The position numbers and the translations under genes were made by a program. A DNA stretch of 64,000 nucleotides from an uncultured Saprospiraceae bacterium. Its GTDB lineage: Bacteria; Bacteroidota; Bacteroidia; Chitinophagales; Saprospiraceae. The stretch covers positions 14,360-78,359 of the forward strand of contig CAYYWZ010000001.1 in NCBI GenBank assembly GCA_964475415.1, written 5' to 3'. Shown here one piece after another: positions 18,110 to 28,033 of the stretch; within the stretch, counting starts at the first letter, position 1, and each line of letters begins with the position of its first letter. A model generated the notes under the pieces. The model had not been told where the DNA came from and made no database searches. It saw nothing but the letters and a program-made list of their open reading frames with translations.

Positions 18110-18142
18110 AACTTGCCAGATAATTAGTGCAAAATTGTTGTT

Positions 18143-19306
18143 ATGAAATTTGAAACGAAAGCCATAAGAATTCAAAATCCTAAGTCTGATCACAGAGAGC
18201 ACAGCTCAGCGATCTTTCCGACATCATCTTTTCTTTTTAATAATGCGGAGCAGATGCAGGCGGTATTCGGAGGAACAGAAGCTGGTAATATATATAGTAG
18301 GTTTACAAATCCCTCTGTTTCAGAATTCGAAGAAAAGATAGCAGCCTTAGAAGGTGTAGAAAAAGCTATGGCGACTGCTTCAGGAATGGCAGCAGTCTTT
18401 GCTAGTTTCCTCGCATTCCTTAAATCTGGAGATCACCTCATAGCTACAAGAGCCATCTTCGGATCTACCTATCAGGTATTATCACAGACCTTAGCAGAAT
18501 ATGGAATAGAAGTTAGTTTTGTCGATGGGACCAAGCCAGAAGAATGGCCATCAGCAATGAAGAAAAATACTAAAATGTTCTATCTAGAAACACCATCTAA
18601 CCCGGGTCTAGAAATTGTAGACCTATCAGTTGCATCAGAATTTTGTAAGGCTAACAAAATATTACTGAGTGTAGATAATTGTTTTGCAACACCTTATTTA
18701 CAACAACCTGCAAAGTTCGGAGCAGACCTTGTCATTCATTCTGCAACCAAGTTTATAGATGGTCAAGGTAGGGTACTAGGAGGGGCTGTTGCTGGCAGTA
18801 AAGAAATCATAGAAAAAATCTATATGTTTATCAGAAGGACTGGAGCATCACTATCTCCATTCAACGCATGGGTATTGTCAAAAAGTCTAGAAACCCTTGC
18901 CGTAAGAATGGATAGACATTGCGACAATGCTTATAAATTAGCACAGTGGTTACTAGAGAACCCAAAGGCCCAAAACGTCAAGTATCCCTTTTTACAAAAT
19001 CATCCTCAATATAAAATAGCTAAGCAGCAGCTAAAGCTTGGAGGTGGCATCGTAACCTTTCAGATAGAAGGTGGAAATACTGCTGGAACAAAATTTCTTA
19101 ACGCATTACAAATGATATCTTTGACAGCTAATCTTGGTGATGCAAAAACAATAGCGTCTCATCCGGCTTCTACAACACATCTAAGGGTGCCAGAAGCCGA
19201 TAGATTGAAAGTAGGTATCACAGATGGACTAGTTAGAATCTCCGTCGGACTTGAACACATCGATGATATCATAGAAGATATAAGACAAGCACTTAATACT
19301 TTGTAA
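18143..19306 (+). CDS. O-acetyl/O-succinyl-homoserine sulfhydrylase (Cys/Met-metabolism PLP enzyme)
   Basis: YSRFTNPS, the PLP-lysine region HSATKFIDGQG, and RISVGLEHIDDIIEDI. Directly followed by metX. Confidence 0.85.
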   Translation: MKFETKAIRIQNPKSDHREHSSAIFPTSSFLFNNAEQMQAVFGGTEAGNIYSRFTNPSVSEFEEKIAALEGVEKAMATASGMAAVFASFLAFLKSGDHLIATRAIFGSTYQVLSQTLAEYGIEVSFVDGTKPEEWPSAMKKNTKMFYLETPSNPGLEIVDLSVASEFCKANKILLSVDNCFATPYLQQPAKFGADLVIHSATKFIDGQGRVLGGAVAGSKEIIEKIYMFIRRTGASLSPFNAWVLSKSLETLAVRMDRHCDNAYKLAQWLLENPKAQNVKYPFLQNHPQYKIAKQQLKLGGGIVTFQIEGGNTAGTKFLNALQMISLTANLGDAKTIASHPASTTHLRVPEADRLKVGITDGLVRISVGLEHIDDIIEDIRQALNTL

Positions 19307-20316
19307 TGAACCTAGAAAAAAAAATACTAGAAGAAAAATTCCCTTTAGAATCTGGAGGAACATTATCTCGCTTAGAGCTATTATACAAAACGTATGGCCA
19401 GCTCAATGAGCAAAAAAATAATGTGATCTGGGTGGTACACGCACTGACTGCTAACGCTGAGGTCGATCAGTGGTGGCCAGGATTATTCGGTGCTGGTAAA
19501 ATATTAGATCCAGAAAAATACCTTATTATTTGTTCTAATAATCTAGGGTCGCCATATGGCTCTAGTTGTGCAAAAAACATAGATCCCAAAACAAACCAAC
19601 GTTATGGTCTAGACTTCCCAGCAATAAGTTTAAGAGATACAGCAAATGCACATTTATTGCTTGCCAAAAAACTCGGAATAGAAAGTATACATCTTCTAAT
19701 TGGAGGTTCATGTGGAGGAAACATTGCACTAGAGATGGCTTATACGCTTGAACATAAACTCAGAAATCTCGTATTACTTTGCAGTGCAGCGAAAGAGAGT
19801 CCTTGGAATATAGCTATTCATGAAGCTCAACGCCTTGCACTTATAGCAGACACTAGCTTCGGAAACAATGATGACTATGCAGGAAAAGCCGGCCTCAAAG
19901 CAGCAAGAGGTATGGCACTGACCTATTACAGAACCTTTGATTCTATGGTCAAGTCTCAGCAAGAAGAAGATTCAAATAAACTTTCGGACTATAAGGCAGC
20001 TAGCTACATCCGCTATCAAGGCGAAAAACTAAAAAACAGATTTGATGCGCATAGCTACTATCATCTCTTGAATGTTCTAGATACACACCATATAGGAAGA
20101 CTAAGAAAAAGTACAGAAAATGCGCTCTCACAAATAAAAGCTAAGACGCTTTGCATAGGCATTTCTTCTGACCTACTCATTCCACCTTCAGAGCAAGAAT
20201 TTCTAGCCAAGCATATTCCTGAGGCTAAGTTAGAAATTATAGATAGCTACTATGGGCATGATGGATTTCTACTAGAATACGAAAAAATAACGTCAAGTAT
20301 ATTAGAATGGATATAA
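19306..20316 (+). CDS. metX: Homoserine O-acetyltransferase
   Basis: Alpha/beta-hydrolase with LIGGSCGGNIALEMA and C-terminal YGHDGFLLE. Its start overlaps the stop of the upstream sulfhydrylase. Confidence 0.85.
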   Translation: MNLEKKILEEKFPLESGGTLSRLELLYKTYGQLNEQKNNVIWVVHALTANAEVDQWWPGLFGAGKILDPEKYLIICSNNLGSPYGSSCAKNIDPKTNQRYGLDFPAISLRDTANAHLLLAKKLGIESIHLLIGGSCGGNIALEMAYTLEHKLRNLVLLCSAAKESPWNIAIHEAQRLALIADTSFGNNDDYAGKAGLKAARGMALTYYRTFDSMVKSQQEEDSNKLSDYKAASYIRYQGEKLKNRFDAHSYYHLLNVLDTHHIGRLRKSTENALSQIKAKTLCIGISSDLLIPPSEQEFLAKHIPEAKLEIIDSYYGHDGFLLEYEKITSSILEWI

Positions 20317-20353
20317 GTTCCTAGCTTACTTTTTAGGTGAAACTAATTATTTT

Positions 20354-20845
20354 TTATGGCCTTGCAGGCTCTCCTAACCACTTTTCAAAATCCGAAAATA
20401 TATCTCTTCCAGGCGCATCAGAAAGATACACTTGCAATTGTTGCTTATCTAAAATCTCATAAGAGGGCAAACTATATAATTGATATAAACCTTGCACCGT
20501 ATCATAATCATCTACTCTTGCATGGATTCCATCTATATCATTTTTCTCCATAGCATCTCTCCACTTCTCATCATCCTTATCCATAGAAACATTGAGCAAA
20601 ATAACACCCTTTTCCTCTAGCAGTTTTCTTACCGATTGATAAGCTTTAAAATTTTTCTTGCACACACCACACCAGCTAGCCCAAAAACTAATATATACCA
20701 CTTTTCCTTCGAAGCTCCGAAGGTTGATAACCTTTCCCGATGCTGTCGTCATTTTAAAATCTGGTGCTGGCTCCACCACTACCTCTTCTACCCTTCCTAT
20801 CAAGAGTGAAGCCAAACTAAAAATCAATATCAAAAATATTTTCAT
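20354..20845 (-). CDS. TlpA-family thiol:disulfide oxidoreductase (thioredoxin fold)
   Basis: Signal peptide and the active site FWASWCGVCKK. Confidence 0.8.
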   Translation of the reverse strand: MKIFLILIFSLASLLIGRVEEVVVEPAPDFKMTTASGKVINLRSFEGKVVYISFWASWCGVCKKNFKAYQSVRKLLEEKGVILLNVSMDKDDEKWRDAMEKNDIDGIHARVDDYDTVQGLYQLYSLPSYEILDKQQLQVYLSDAPGRDIFSDFEKWLGEPARP

Positions 20846-20875
20846 CTAAAGCAGTTTTTACAAAAAAATACGCAA

Positions 20876-21772
20876 CTATTCTTTTTCTCTATTATAGTCG
20901 GTCCATAACTGATCTATCATTTTCTCTGAAGAAATAAAACCTGTTCCCCATTCTTCATATCCTTTATCTAGCCCCATTGTTTTCATCTCTTCTATAGTCT
21001 TACCTTCCGCTATTGCAGACTCTAATCTATTCTTCATAGTATTCAACATCGTATAGTAGGTAAATAATTCCTTCTTATCACTTAGAGATCCATGTCCGGG
21101 AATAATTACAGTCTCTGTATCACATAACATCATGGCAGCCTGAACCGCCTCTATAAGACCATCTAGCGATCCTCCAGTACTTAGATCTATAAATGGAAAT
21201 CTACCTTGGAAGTACGTATCACCCATGTGCAATACATTGTGCTTAGAGAAATAGACAAACCCATCTCCGTCTGTATGGGCATTATGTACATGCATTAGAA
21301 AAATATCCTCCTCATTGAAATGTACCTGCATATCTTCACTATAAGTAATTACTGGCCAGTAAGCTTTTGGCTTTGCTTTTATCTCTCGAGAAAAAGCTTG
21401 TATCAGTTCATCCTTCGATAATCTTTTCCTTACATTCTGATGAGCTACAACCGTTGCACCATCATTAGAAAATGCCCCGTTACCTCCAGTATGATCTCCA
21501 TGCCAATGCGTATTAATCAAGAAATTGACACTATGATCTGATAGTTTCTTTATAGCCGCTTTATTTTTTTCTGCCAGACCATCAAACTGAGAATCTACCA
21601 TAAGCACACCATCCTCTCCTGTAAGGATAGCAATATTACCTCCTGATCCTTGTAACAAATATAAATTATCCTTTATCTCCATAGTCTTAATTTCTACTTT
21701 GTCAAACCTACTTTGCGCATTTATTGTAATGACCGCAAGAAATAAAATAAATACTACTTTAAAATATCTCAT
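20876..21772 (-). CDS. Secreted MBL-fold metallo-hydrolase
   Basis: Signal peptide, HWHGDHTGGN (HxHxDH motif), plus downstream His/Asp ligands. Confidence 0.8.
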   Translation of the reverse strand: MRYFKVVFILFLAVITINAQSRFDKVEIKTMEIKDNLYLLQGSGGNIAILTGEDGVLMVDSQFDGLAEKNKAAIKKLSDHSVNFLINTHWHGDHTGGNGAFSNDGATVVAHQNVRKRLSKDELIQAFSREIKAKPKAYWPVITYSEDMQVHFNEEDIFLMHVHNAHTDGDGFVYFSKHNVLHMGDTYFQGRFPFIDLSTGGSLDGLIEAVQAAMMLCDTETVIIPGHGSLSDKKELFTYYTMLNTMKNRLESAIAEGKTIEEMKTMGLDKGYEEWGTGFISSEKMIDQLWTDYNREKE

Positions 21773-21776
21773 CTTT

Positions 21777-23171
21777 CTATTTTGTAATTTGTAAAATCCA
21801 TTCGCTAATATCTAATAATACTTCGGGACTGATAGTATGTTCTATGACACCATACTCTTCTACACTGCCGGTAAGGCATCGTTGGAAAAGATGATTGTGT
21901 TCAGCATAGTTAATTATATCTATCTTTTCATTTCCGTATTTTTTAGAAATATTTTCTAAGCCCTCCGCACTATCTTTCCAGTATACTTGTAAATCTTTTT
22001 TACCAAACAAACCCAATATAGGACAATCCACTTGAGATAAATACTCCTCTGAATCAAAAGCTATGAAGTATCTAAACCACGGACTATATACTTGAGAAGC
22101 CAATGCCATATAGTACAACTCCTTAGTTGTCCCTAAGTATTTTTTATCTTCTTCCGATTCTTGGCTTTCGTAATAATCGTGTACTAGTTCTAACATAGGA
22201 GCGTACAAGTCTGAATTTTTTTGACCTGTGTTCAGTAATGCATACAGCCGGTCATTGAATATTTCATTTTTAGTTAAGAATTCATCTGACTTTTTCTTAT
22301 CTGTATGAATCAATTCGTTTTGTTTATTTAACAGATCTGTAATAGGCGTGGCCGGCCCTGCAAGTAAAATTAAATAACTTACTAAGTCATTTCTACTAGC
22401 TACCATCGGAGCTATCATTCCACCCTCACTGTGTCCCAGCATTCCGATCATATTTTTATCGATCCTCTTGTCCTTTGATAAATACTGCACACCCGCCTCT
22501 GCATCGTCAGCAAAATCTGAAGTGGTAGCAGTCATAAATTTTCCTTTCGATTCACCTACGCCTCTATCGTCATACCTTAAGACAGCAATTCCTGAGCGGG
22601 TCAAGAAATCTGCAATTACAGCAAAAGATCTATGACCCAATATTTCTTCATCTCTATTCTGAGGTCCAGAACCAGTCACTAAGACAATACCAGGAAAGGG
22701 GCCGACGCCTCTAGGAGTAGTCAGCGTTCCTGCAAGGTTTATATTGGCTATAGAGTTTGTAAAAAAAACCTCTTCTACCGCATAGGGAAATGGCGCCTTA
22801 GGGGTCTGCGGTCTATTAAATTGTAATGGCTCAGAAATTCTTGTCATCACTCGACTTACTTTTTTTCCAGAGGTAGAAATAACAGCCTTGATAATATCTA
22901 GGTCTTTCAAGTAGACCATTTTTACACTTGTAGATAGCGGAGCGGCCCATGAAGCTATAAGTGTATCTTGAGACCATTTGGTTTGTTGCGCGGCAGCCTT
23001 ATTGACACCCTGAAGAGGTATTTGAAAATAAGCTTGATCATTTTCTATCGATATACTACCATCTAATCCGTACTTAACCATAAAGTACCAGTGCCCAGAA
23101 ATATCCTCTTGTGCAGATATAGAAGATAATCCAACGAAAATCAATAGTAGACAAAAAGAAATTTTTTTCAT
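21777..23171 (-). CDS. Secreted alpha/beta hydrolase
   Basis: 464 aa with a signal peptide. Nucleophile elbow GHSEGG and a C-terminal HNH.F region. Confidence 0.7.
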   Translation of the reverse strand: MKKISFCLLLIFVGLSSISAQEDISGHWYFMVKYGLDGSISIENDQAYFQIPLQGVNKAAAQQTKWSQDTLIASWAAPLSTSVKMVYLKDLDIIKAVISTSGKKVSRVMTRISEPLQFNRPQTPKAPFPYAVEEVFFTNSIANINLAGTLTTPRGVGPFPGIVLVTGSGPQNRDEEILGHRSFAVIADFLTRSGIAVLRYDDRGVGESKGKFMTATTSDFADDAEAGVQYLSKDKRIDKNMIGMLGHSEGGMIAPMVASRNDLVSYLILLAGPATPITDLLNKQNELIHTDKKKSDEFLTKNEIFNDRLYALLNTGQKNSDLYAPMLELVHDYYESQESEEDKKYLGTTKELYYMALASQVYSPWFRYFIAFDSEEYLSQVDCPILGLFGKKDLQVYWKDSAEGLENISKKYGNEKIDIINYAEHNHLFQRCLTGSVEEYGVIEHTISPEVLLDISEWILQITK

Positions 23172-23183
23172 TAGATGGTTATT

Positions 23184-23549
23184 TTATATTCCGCTAAAAA
23201 AAGCATCCTTGATATGCTTCGTTACGGTAGATTTATCACCATGTAGCAATATTGCTATAATGTCAAATCTTATCGCCCATTCATGCTGACTCAATTCCAT
23301 ATATGCATTAGCAGCATCGAACAAGAGTTTCTCTTTCTTGTCATTGACAAATTCTTCTGGTTCACCATAATAGTCTGAACTCCTAGTTTTTACTTCTATA
23401 AAGACCATCGTTTCTCCATCCATGCATACGATATCTATCTCTGCTCGCTTAAATCGCCAGTTGCGCTCAATGATCCGATATCCTGAATTGGATAAAAATC
23501 TAGCTGCTAGCTCTTCTCCTTTATTTCCTATTTTTATTTTGTCTGTCAA
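23184..23549 (-). CDS. yraN: YraN family (UPF0102) endonuclease-like protein
   Basis: 121 aa; GEELAARFL..GYRIIERNWR...EIDIV......VFIEVKTR pattern. Confidence 0.8.
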   Translation of the reverse strand: MTDKIKIGNKGEELAARFLSNSGYRIIERNWRFKRAEIDIVCMDGETMVFIEVKTRSSDYYGEPEEFVNDKKEKLLFDAANAYMELSQHEWAIRFDIIAILLHGDKSTVTKHIKDAFFSGI

Positions 23550-23638
23550 TGTAAGAATTTAGCAAGCGTTATACATTCGGATTTCTCAATACCAGATATT
23601 TGATAGTATTAGATAAGTTTACGTATTTTTGGGCAATT

Positions 23639-24628
23639 ATGATGGATGAACTAATAAAAAAATTTCCAGCACAACTTAAGGAAGCTTTGGAAATAGGAGC
23701 TAATGCAAAAATCAATGCTCCTAAAACTAATATACACAATATATTTGTAGCAGGTCTAGGAGGATCAGGAATAGGAGCTAATTTCGTTTCGGAATTCATA
23801 AAGTCAGAATGCAAGGTTCCTTTTACCATAGGAAAATCTTATGATATTCCTGCTTCAGTAGATCAACATACCCTAGCCATTGCTTCTTCTTATTCTGGAA
23901 ATACAGAGGAGACCTTAGCTTCATTTTATGCCATGGAGAAAACTGGTGCTAAAATCGTTGTTATCTCTAGTGGAGGCAAGCTTATACAATTAGCCCAAGA
24001 AAAATCCTATGACTATATACAACTGCCTGATAACTGGCCATCGCCTAGGGCGTGCCTTGGATATTCTATGGTTCAACAGTTATTTATTTTACAAAAGCTA
24101 GATCTGATTAGTGATACTTTTATCTCTCATCTAAAGGCAAGTACAGAGTTACTGAATTTTGATCAAGAAGAAATAGGAAAGCTTGCTTTCGAGATAGCAC
24201 AACAATTACACGATAAGATTCCAGTAATCTATACAACGGACAGAATAGAATCAGCAGCTATAAGACTAAGACAACAGATCAATGAAAATTCCAAAATGCT
24301 CTGTTGGCATCACGTAATTCCAGAAATGAATCACAATGAGTTAGTAGGATGGAGTCAGCAAAATAAAAGCCTAGCTGTTGTATATCTTAGAAATGAAGAT
24401 GATCTAAAAAAGAATAAAGTAAGAATAGAAATCAATAAAAAAATTATTGCCAAGTATACCGATACTATTATAGAGGTCTTCTCTAAAGGAAACTCTCTAA
24501 TAGAAAAAGCTATTTATTTTGTTCATCTAGCAGATTGGATAAGTTGGCATCTTTCTGTACTGAACAAAGTAGATGCCTCTGAAATAAAGGTAATTGACTA
24601 TTTAAAATCAGAATTAGGAAAAGTTTGA
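23639..24628 (+). CDS. SIS-domain bifunctional phosphoglucose/phosphomannose isomerase-like protein
   Basis: GLGGSGIGANFV and SYSGNTEETL SIS motifs. Start moved to ATG 23639 (MMDELIKKFP). Confidence 0.7.
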   Translation: MMDELIKKFPAQLKEALEIGANAKINAPKTNIHNIFVAGLGGSGIGANFVSEFIKSECKVPFTIGKSYDIPASVDQHTLAIASSYSGNTEETLASFYAMEKTGAKIVVISSGGKLIQLAQEKSYDYIQLPDNWPSPRACLGYSMVQQLFILQKLDLISDTFISHLKASTELLNFDQEEIGKLAFEIAQQLHDKIPVIYTTDRIESAAIRLRQQINENSKMLCWHHVIPEMNHNELVGWSQQNKSLAVVYLRNEDDLKKNKVRIEINKKIIAKYTDTIIEVFSKGNSLIEKAIYFVHLADWISWHLSVLNKVDASEIKVIDYLKSELGKV

Positions 24629-24737
24629 CGATAATTTTATTGATTGAACAATTAGAAGAAAGATTTTCCTATCTTTCGATTCTTTCTAACCAAACGCATT
24701 CAACAATTTCTATCCCATCATTTTTTAATATAAACCT

Positions 24738-25241
24738 ATGGGAAAGCGTAGATATAGAAAGAAACAAACATCAGATACCAATATTTTTAGCTGGATATAC
24801 TTCGGTATATTTGCTATTATTACCCTGTGGTTACTCTCTTCTATCTATTTCAAAAAAAGCCCAACTAAAATTTTACAGAATTGGGGCCAAGAAACAGATA
24901 CGGTAAAAAACACAGAACCCCTAACCTGTGATAGCTTGCTATCGAAAATAGAGCTGCAAGATCTAGAAATACAACAGCTTCGAAGATCCCTATCAGACTG
25001 CGTACAAAACCAATCTTTTCCTTCTGCTATGATCAATATAGATAATAGTGTTGTAAATATGAGATCAGAACCCTCCCTTAATTCCGACATACTGCTAAAG
25101 CTAAAAGACTCCTCAGAGGTCAAAATCCTATACTACGATACAGAAAGCTTCTTCCTAGAAGGCAAAGAAGGTAAATGGTGTAAAATAAGATATGCTAACA
25201 AAGAAGGCTGGGTATGGGGAAATTTCTTAGAAGAGTTATAA
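24738..25241 (+). CDS. Membrane-anchored SH3b-domain protein
   Basis: One TM helix (IFSWIYFGIFAIITLWLLSSIYF). C-terminal bacterial SH3 pattern (VVNMRSEPS..S.IL.KL.....V.IL.......WCKIRY.NKEGWVWGNFL). Confidence 0.65.
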   Translation: MGKRRYRKKQTSDTNIFSWIYFGIFAIITLWLLSSIYFKKSPTKILQNWGQETDTVKNTEPLTCDSLLSKIELQDLEIQQLRRSLSDCVQNQSFPSAMINIDNSVVNMRSEPSLNSDILLKLKDSSEVKILYYDTESFFLEGKEGKWCKIRYANKEGWVWGNFLEEL

Positions 25242-25305
25242 TTAATATGTAAAAAGTGGAACTCGCCAAAGAAGGCTTATCGTTATATATACAAAGCAAG
25301 TTTTT

Positions 25306-25485
25306 ATGCCTAAGAAAATGAAAAAGAAAGGAAGCCCTATTGTTCACGACGAACTGAGTGGTTTCGACATAAAGATAAATACTTTCGGAGAGATGGAAAC
25401 CAATCTAAAAATCGATAAACTGAACGATTTTCTCAACAGAACAGTAGAAGACAAGAAAATAAAAAACAAGATAGAAGAAGAATAA
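25306..25485 (+). CDS. Hypothetical 59-aa protein (below track cut-off)
   Basis: ATG..TAA ORF MPKKMKKKGSPIVHDELSGFDIKINTFGEMETNLKIDKLNDFLNRTVEDKKIKNKIEEE, followed by hairpin cgaggc-ttta-gcctcg at 25507..25522. Confidence 0.35.
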   Translation: MPKKMKKKGSPIVHDELSGFDIKINTFGEMETNLKIDKLNDFLNRTVEDKKIKNKIEEE

Positions 25486-25674
25486 TAATCTTTCTCTTAT
25501 TGTACTCGAGGCTTTAGCCTCGCCTTCTACATCGCCTATCTTTTCGTAGTTTAGAATTAAAACTATCATGCTAATTCTCAGCTCTAGGCTCTCCTATTGA
25601 CTGAACTTAGATTTATAAGATTAAAGGTTGAATAGGATTTTAGTAGCTTATTTTTTGCTATTTTAATTTCTGAT

Positions 25675-25699
25675 GCAACCATTCCTAAATTATCTCGTC
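25675..25699 (+). promoter_or_regulatory. ECF-type promoter (AAC-N16-CGT) upstream of the ECF sigma gene
   Basis: gcAACc at 25675..25680 and CGTC at 25696..25699, with 16 nt between AAC and CGT, about 24 nt upstream of the TTG start. This matches the generic ECF autoregulatory promoter signature. Confidence 0.5.
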
Positions 25700-25722
25700 T
25701 TTCTTATAGATAACACAAAAAT

Positions 25723-26280
25723 TTGGCTGATCTAGATTTTAAAACGGAGCTTATAGAAAAATGTAAATCTGGCAATCATTCTGCTCAGTATGAACTCTAT
25801 AATCTATATGCCAAATCGATGTATAATATATGCCTTAGAATGATGAAAAATACGATGGACGCAGAAGACATGTTACAGAGTTCCTTTATAGATGTATATA
25901 GAAAATTACACCAGTTTAGTTTTCAGTCTACACCAGGTGCATGGATTAAAAGAATTGTGGTAAATAACTGTACAACGGAACTTAAGAAAAGAAGACTAGA
26001 CCTAGTTCCTATAACAGAAAGGACAGAAGTTACGAATGAGCCCTTTTTGCAGGATCAGCATTTTGACATAACCAGAATAAAAAAAGCATTGTTCAAATTG
26101 CCAGATGGATATAGAATTGTACTATCCCTTTATCTTATGGAAGGCTATGATCACCAAGAGATCGCCTCCATCCTAGACATAACGGAATCTACCTCCAAGT
26201 CCCAATATAGTAGAGCACGCAAAAAACTAAAACAAATCTTACTTACAGATGGTATCGATGCCTTAAGTATGATAAAATAA
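25723..26280 (+). CDS. RNA polymerase ECF-type sigma-70 factor
   Basis: Region 2 (YNLYAKSMYNICLRMMKN..DAEDMLQSSFIDVY, WIKRIVVNNC) and region 4 (LPDGYRIVLSLYLMEGYDHQEIASILDITESTSKSQYSRARKKL). Confidence 0.85.
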   Translation: MADLDFKTELIEKCKSGNHSAQYELYNLYAKSMYNICLRMMKNTMDAEDMLQSSFIDVYRKLHQFSFQSTPGAWIKRIVVNNCTTELKKRRLDLVPITERTEVTNEPFLQDQHFDITRIKKALFKLPDGYRIVLSLYLMEGYDHQEIASILDITESTSKSQYSRARKKLKQILLTDGIDALSMIK

Positions 26281-26288
26281 TTAGAAAG

Positions 26289-26810
26289 ATGAAAGATAGA
26301 TTAGAAGAATATATAAAGAAGAATAAAGAAGCATTCAACGATGATTTCTATGGAGAAAAACTATGGAAAAGCATACAAAAACAGAAGCAGGCGAAAGAGG
26401 TAGTACAGTTTCCTTTTACTAAACTGCTGAAGATAGCAGCAACAGCTCTGATAGTAGTTAGTTTTGGCTTTCTTCTGAAACAGAACCTTATCGCTCCTAA
26501 TCACACTATGAGTTCTATAGAAAAAGTCGAAGCTTCAGAAAAAGAATATGCCAAGCTGGTCAGCAATAAATTAAACGAAATCCCAGATTCTAAAAAGAAT
26601 ACTAAGCTGCTAAAAGAAATGGCACTAATAGATACGATTACCAGCGAGCTAAAAAACGAATTGCTTCTACATAGTCATGTAAATTCTGAAAAAGTCGTAA
26701 AAGCTATGATGAAAAACTATCAAACTAAACTTGATATTCTAGAAAACATCCTTGTCAAAATGGAAGAAAATTCTATCCAGCCTGAAAAGGATACTAAAAT
26801 TATTTATTAA
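26289..26810 (+). CDS. Putative anti-sigma factor (single-pass membrane protein)
   Basis: Immediately downstream of the ECF sigma gene. One TM helix (LLKIAATALIVVSFGFLL); no enzymatic motifs. Confidence 0.5.
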   Translation: MKDRLEEYIKKNKEAFNDDFYGEKLWKSIQKQKQAKEVVQFPFTKLLKIAATALIVVSFGFLLKQNLIAPNHTMSSIEKVEASEKEYAKLVSNKLNEIPDSKKNTKLLKEMALIDTITSELKNELLLHSHVNSEKVVKAMMKNYQTKLDILENILVKMEENSIQPEKDTKIIY

Positions 26811-26824
26811 AAAAAAATAGAGAC

Positions 26825-27949
26825 ATGAATTATTTTAAAATTACATGCTCCGCTACAATTTTTTTACTTTTTATTTCTTCATTTGCTTATGCTACTATAG
26901 ACGATAAAGAATTTGACAAACAAATAAAAAAATCGTTCTCAGTCGGAAATACACCTACACTAGAGGTAACCAATAAATTCGGAGCAATAAACATACATCA
27001 GGGCAAATCAGGAGAGATCTCTATCGTTGTAGATATCAAAGTCGATGCAAAAAATCAAGAAGCCGCAGATAATATACTCAATGAAATACAGATAGACTTT
27101 TCTTCATCCTCTAATAGTGTTTCTGCAGAAACAGAAGTTGGACACATCAACAGCTCTTCTGGATGGTTTGGTTGGATGAAAAATGAAAGCATAAGTTATA
27201 CCGTAGATTATGATATCTATGTACCAGAAGCAACACAATTAGAGTTGGATAATGCTCACGGTGATATCGATATAAAAACAGATATAAACCAGTGCGAAAT
27301 AGAACTGATATTTGGTAATCTCACCGCAAAGAATATTTCTAATAATATAGATCTAGAACTCGCACACGGAGATGCAAGGTTAGGAAATTTTGCAAACGGA
27401 ACGGTAGAAATATCATTTTCTAGCTTCGAGTGTGGAACGATAAATAATCTAGATATAGAAAGCCAGCATTCGGATGTCAAAATAGAAAAAGCCAATAGGC
27501 TCATTAGTGATTCTAGTTTTGATGGTTATATGATCCAAGAAATAAAAAAATTAGAAAACGATGGACAACATGATAATTTCAATATAGGAAGTATCGAGGA
27601 GTTGATTATGGAAGCTGAGTTTTCAGACCTAGATGTAGAAATGGTACACCATAAAACAAATCTAGATTTTGAACACGGCAGCATCCATTTAAAAAAACTA
27701 GGACAGCAGTTTACTTTAGGATCTATCTCTTCAGAATTTAGCCCTATTACAATTTCTAGTAATGTAAATCTAGATATAATTATAGAGGGAACTTTCCTTG
27801 ACATGAAACTACCTAAAAACTTTAGCTCATCGAAGATGATAAAAGAGGATTTTGACACTTATATAGAAGGAAAACTGAATATAGGCTCCATTTCTACAGG
27901 AAAATTAAATCTAGAAATAGACAATAGCAATCTTAAAATTAAGGAGTAA
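26825..27949 (+). CDS. DUF4097-like beta-strand-repeat protein (putative adhesin)
   Basis: Signal peptide; repeated motifs of the type (N/H)G.I.I (GAINIHQG, HGDIDIKT, HGDARLGN, HSDVKIEK, HGSIHLKK). Third gene of a sigma/anti-sigma/DUF4097 trio. Confidence 0.6.
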   Translation: MNYFKITCSATIFLLFISSFAYATIDDKEFDKQIKKSFSVGNTPTLEVTNKFGAINIHQGKSGEISIVVDIKVDAKNQEAADNILNEIQIDFSSSSNSVSAETEVGHINSSSGWFGWMKNESISYTVDYDIYVPEATQLELDNAHGDIDIKTDINQCEIELIFGNLTAKNISNNIDLELAHGDARLGNFANGTVEISFSSFECGTINNLDIESQHSDVKIEKANRLISDSSFDGYMIQEIKKLENDGQHDNFNIGSIEELIMEAEFSDLDVEMVHHKTNLDFEHGSIHLKKLGQQFTLGSISSEFSPITISSNVNLDIIIEGTFLDMKLPKNFSSSKMIKEDFDTYIEGKLNIGSISTGKLNLEIDNSNLKIKE

Positions 27950-28033
27950 TATAGACATCTCACGAAGATGAGTTATTAGTAGACTTTCCACATATATATT
28001 TTTTTATCTTTGGTAGCATAAAAAAATAAATTA

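Noticed and set aside
24625-24906. Track ORF 24625..24906 (+)
   Set aside because: It overlaps the start of the SH3b-domain gene in another frame and has no motifs. Its TTG start overlaps the stop codon of the SIS gene. The 24738 ORF has the recognisable TM plus SH3 architecture.
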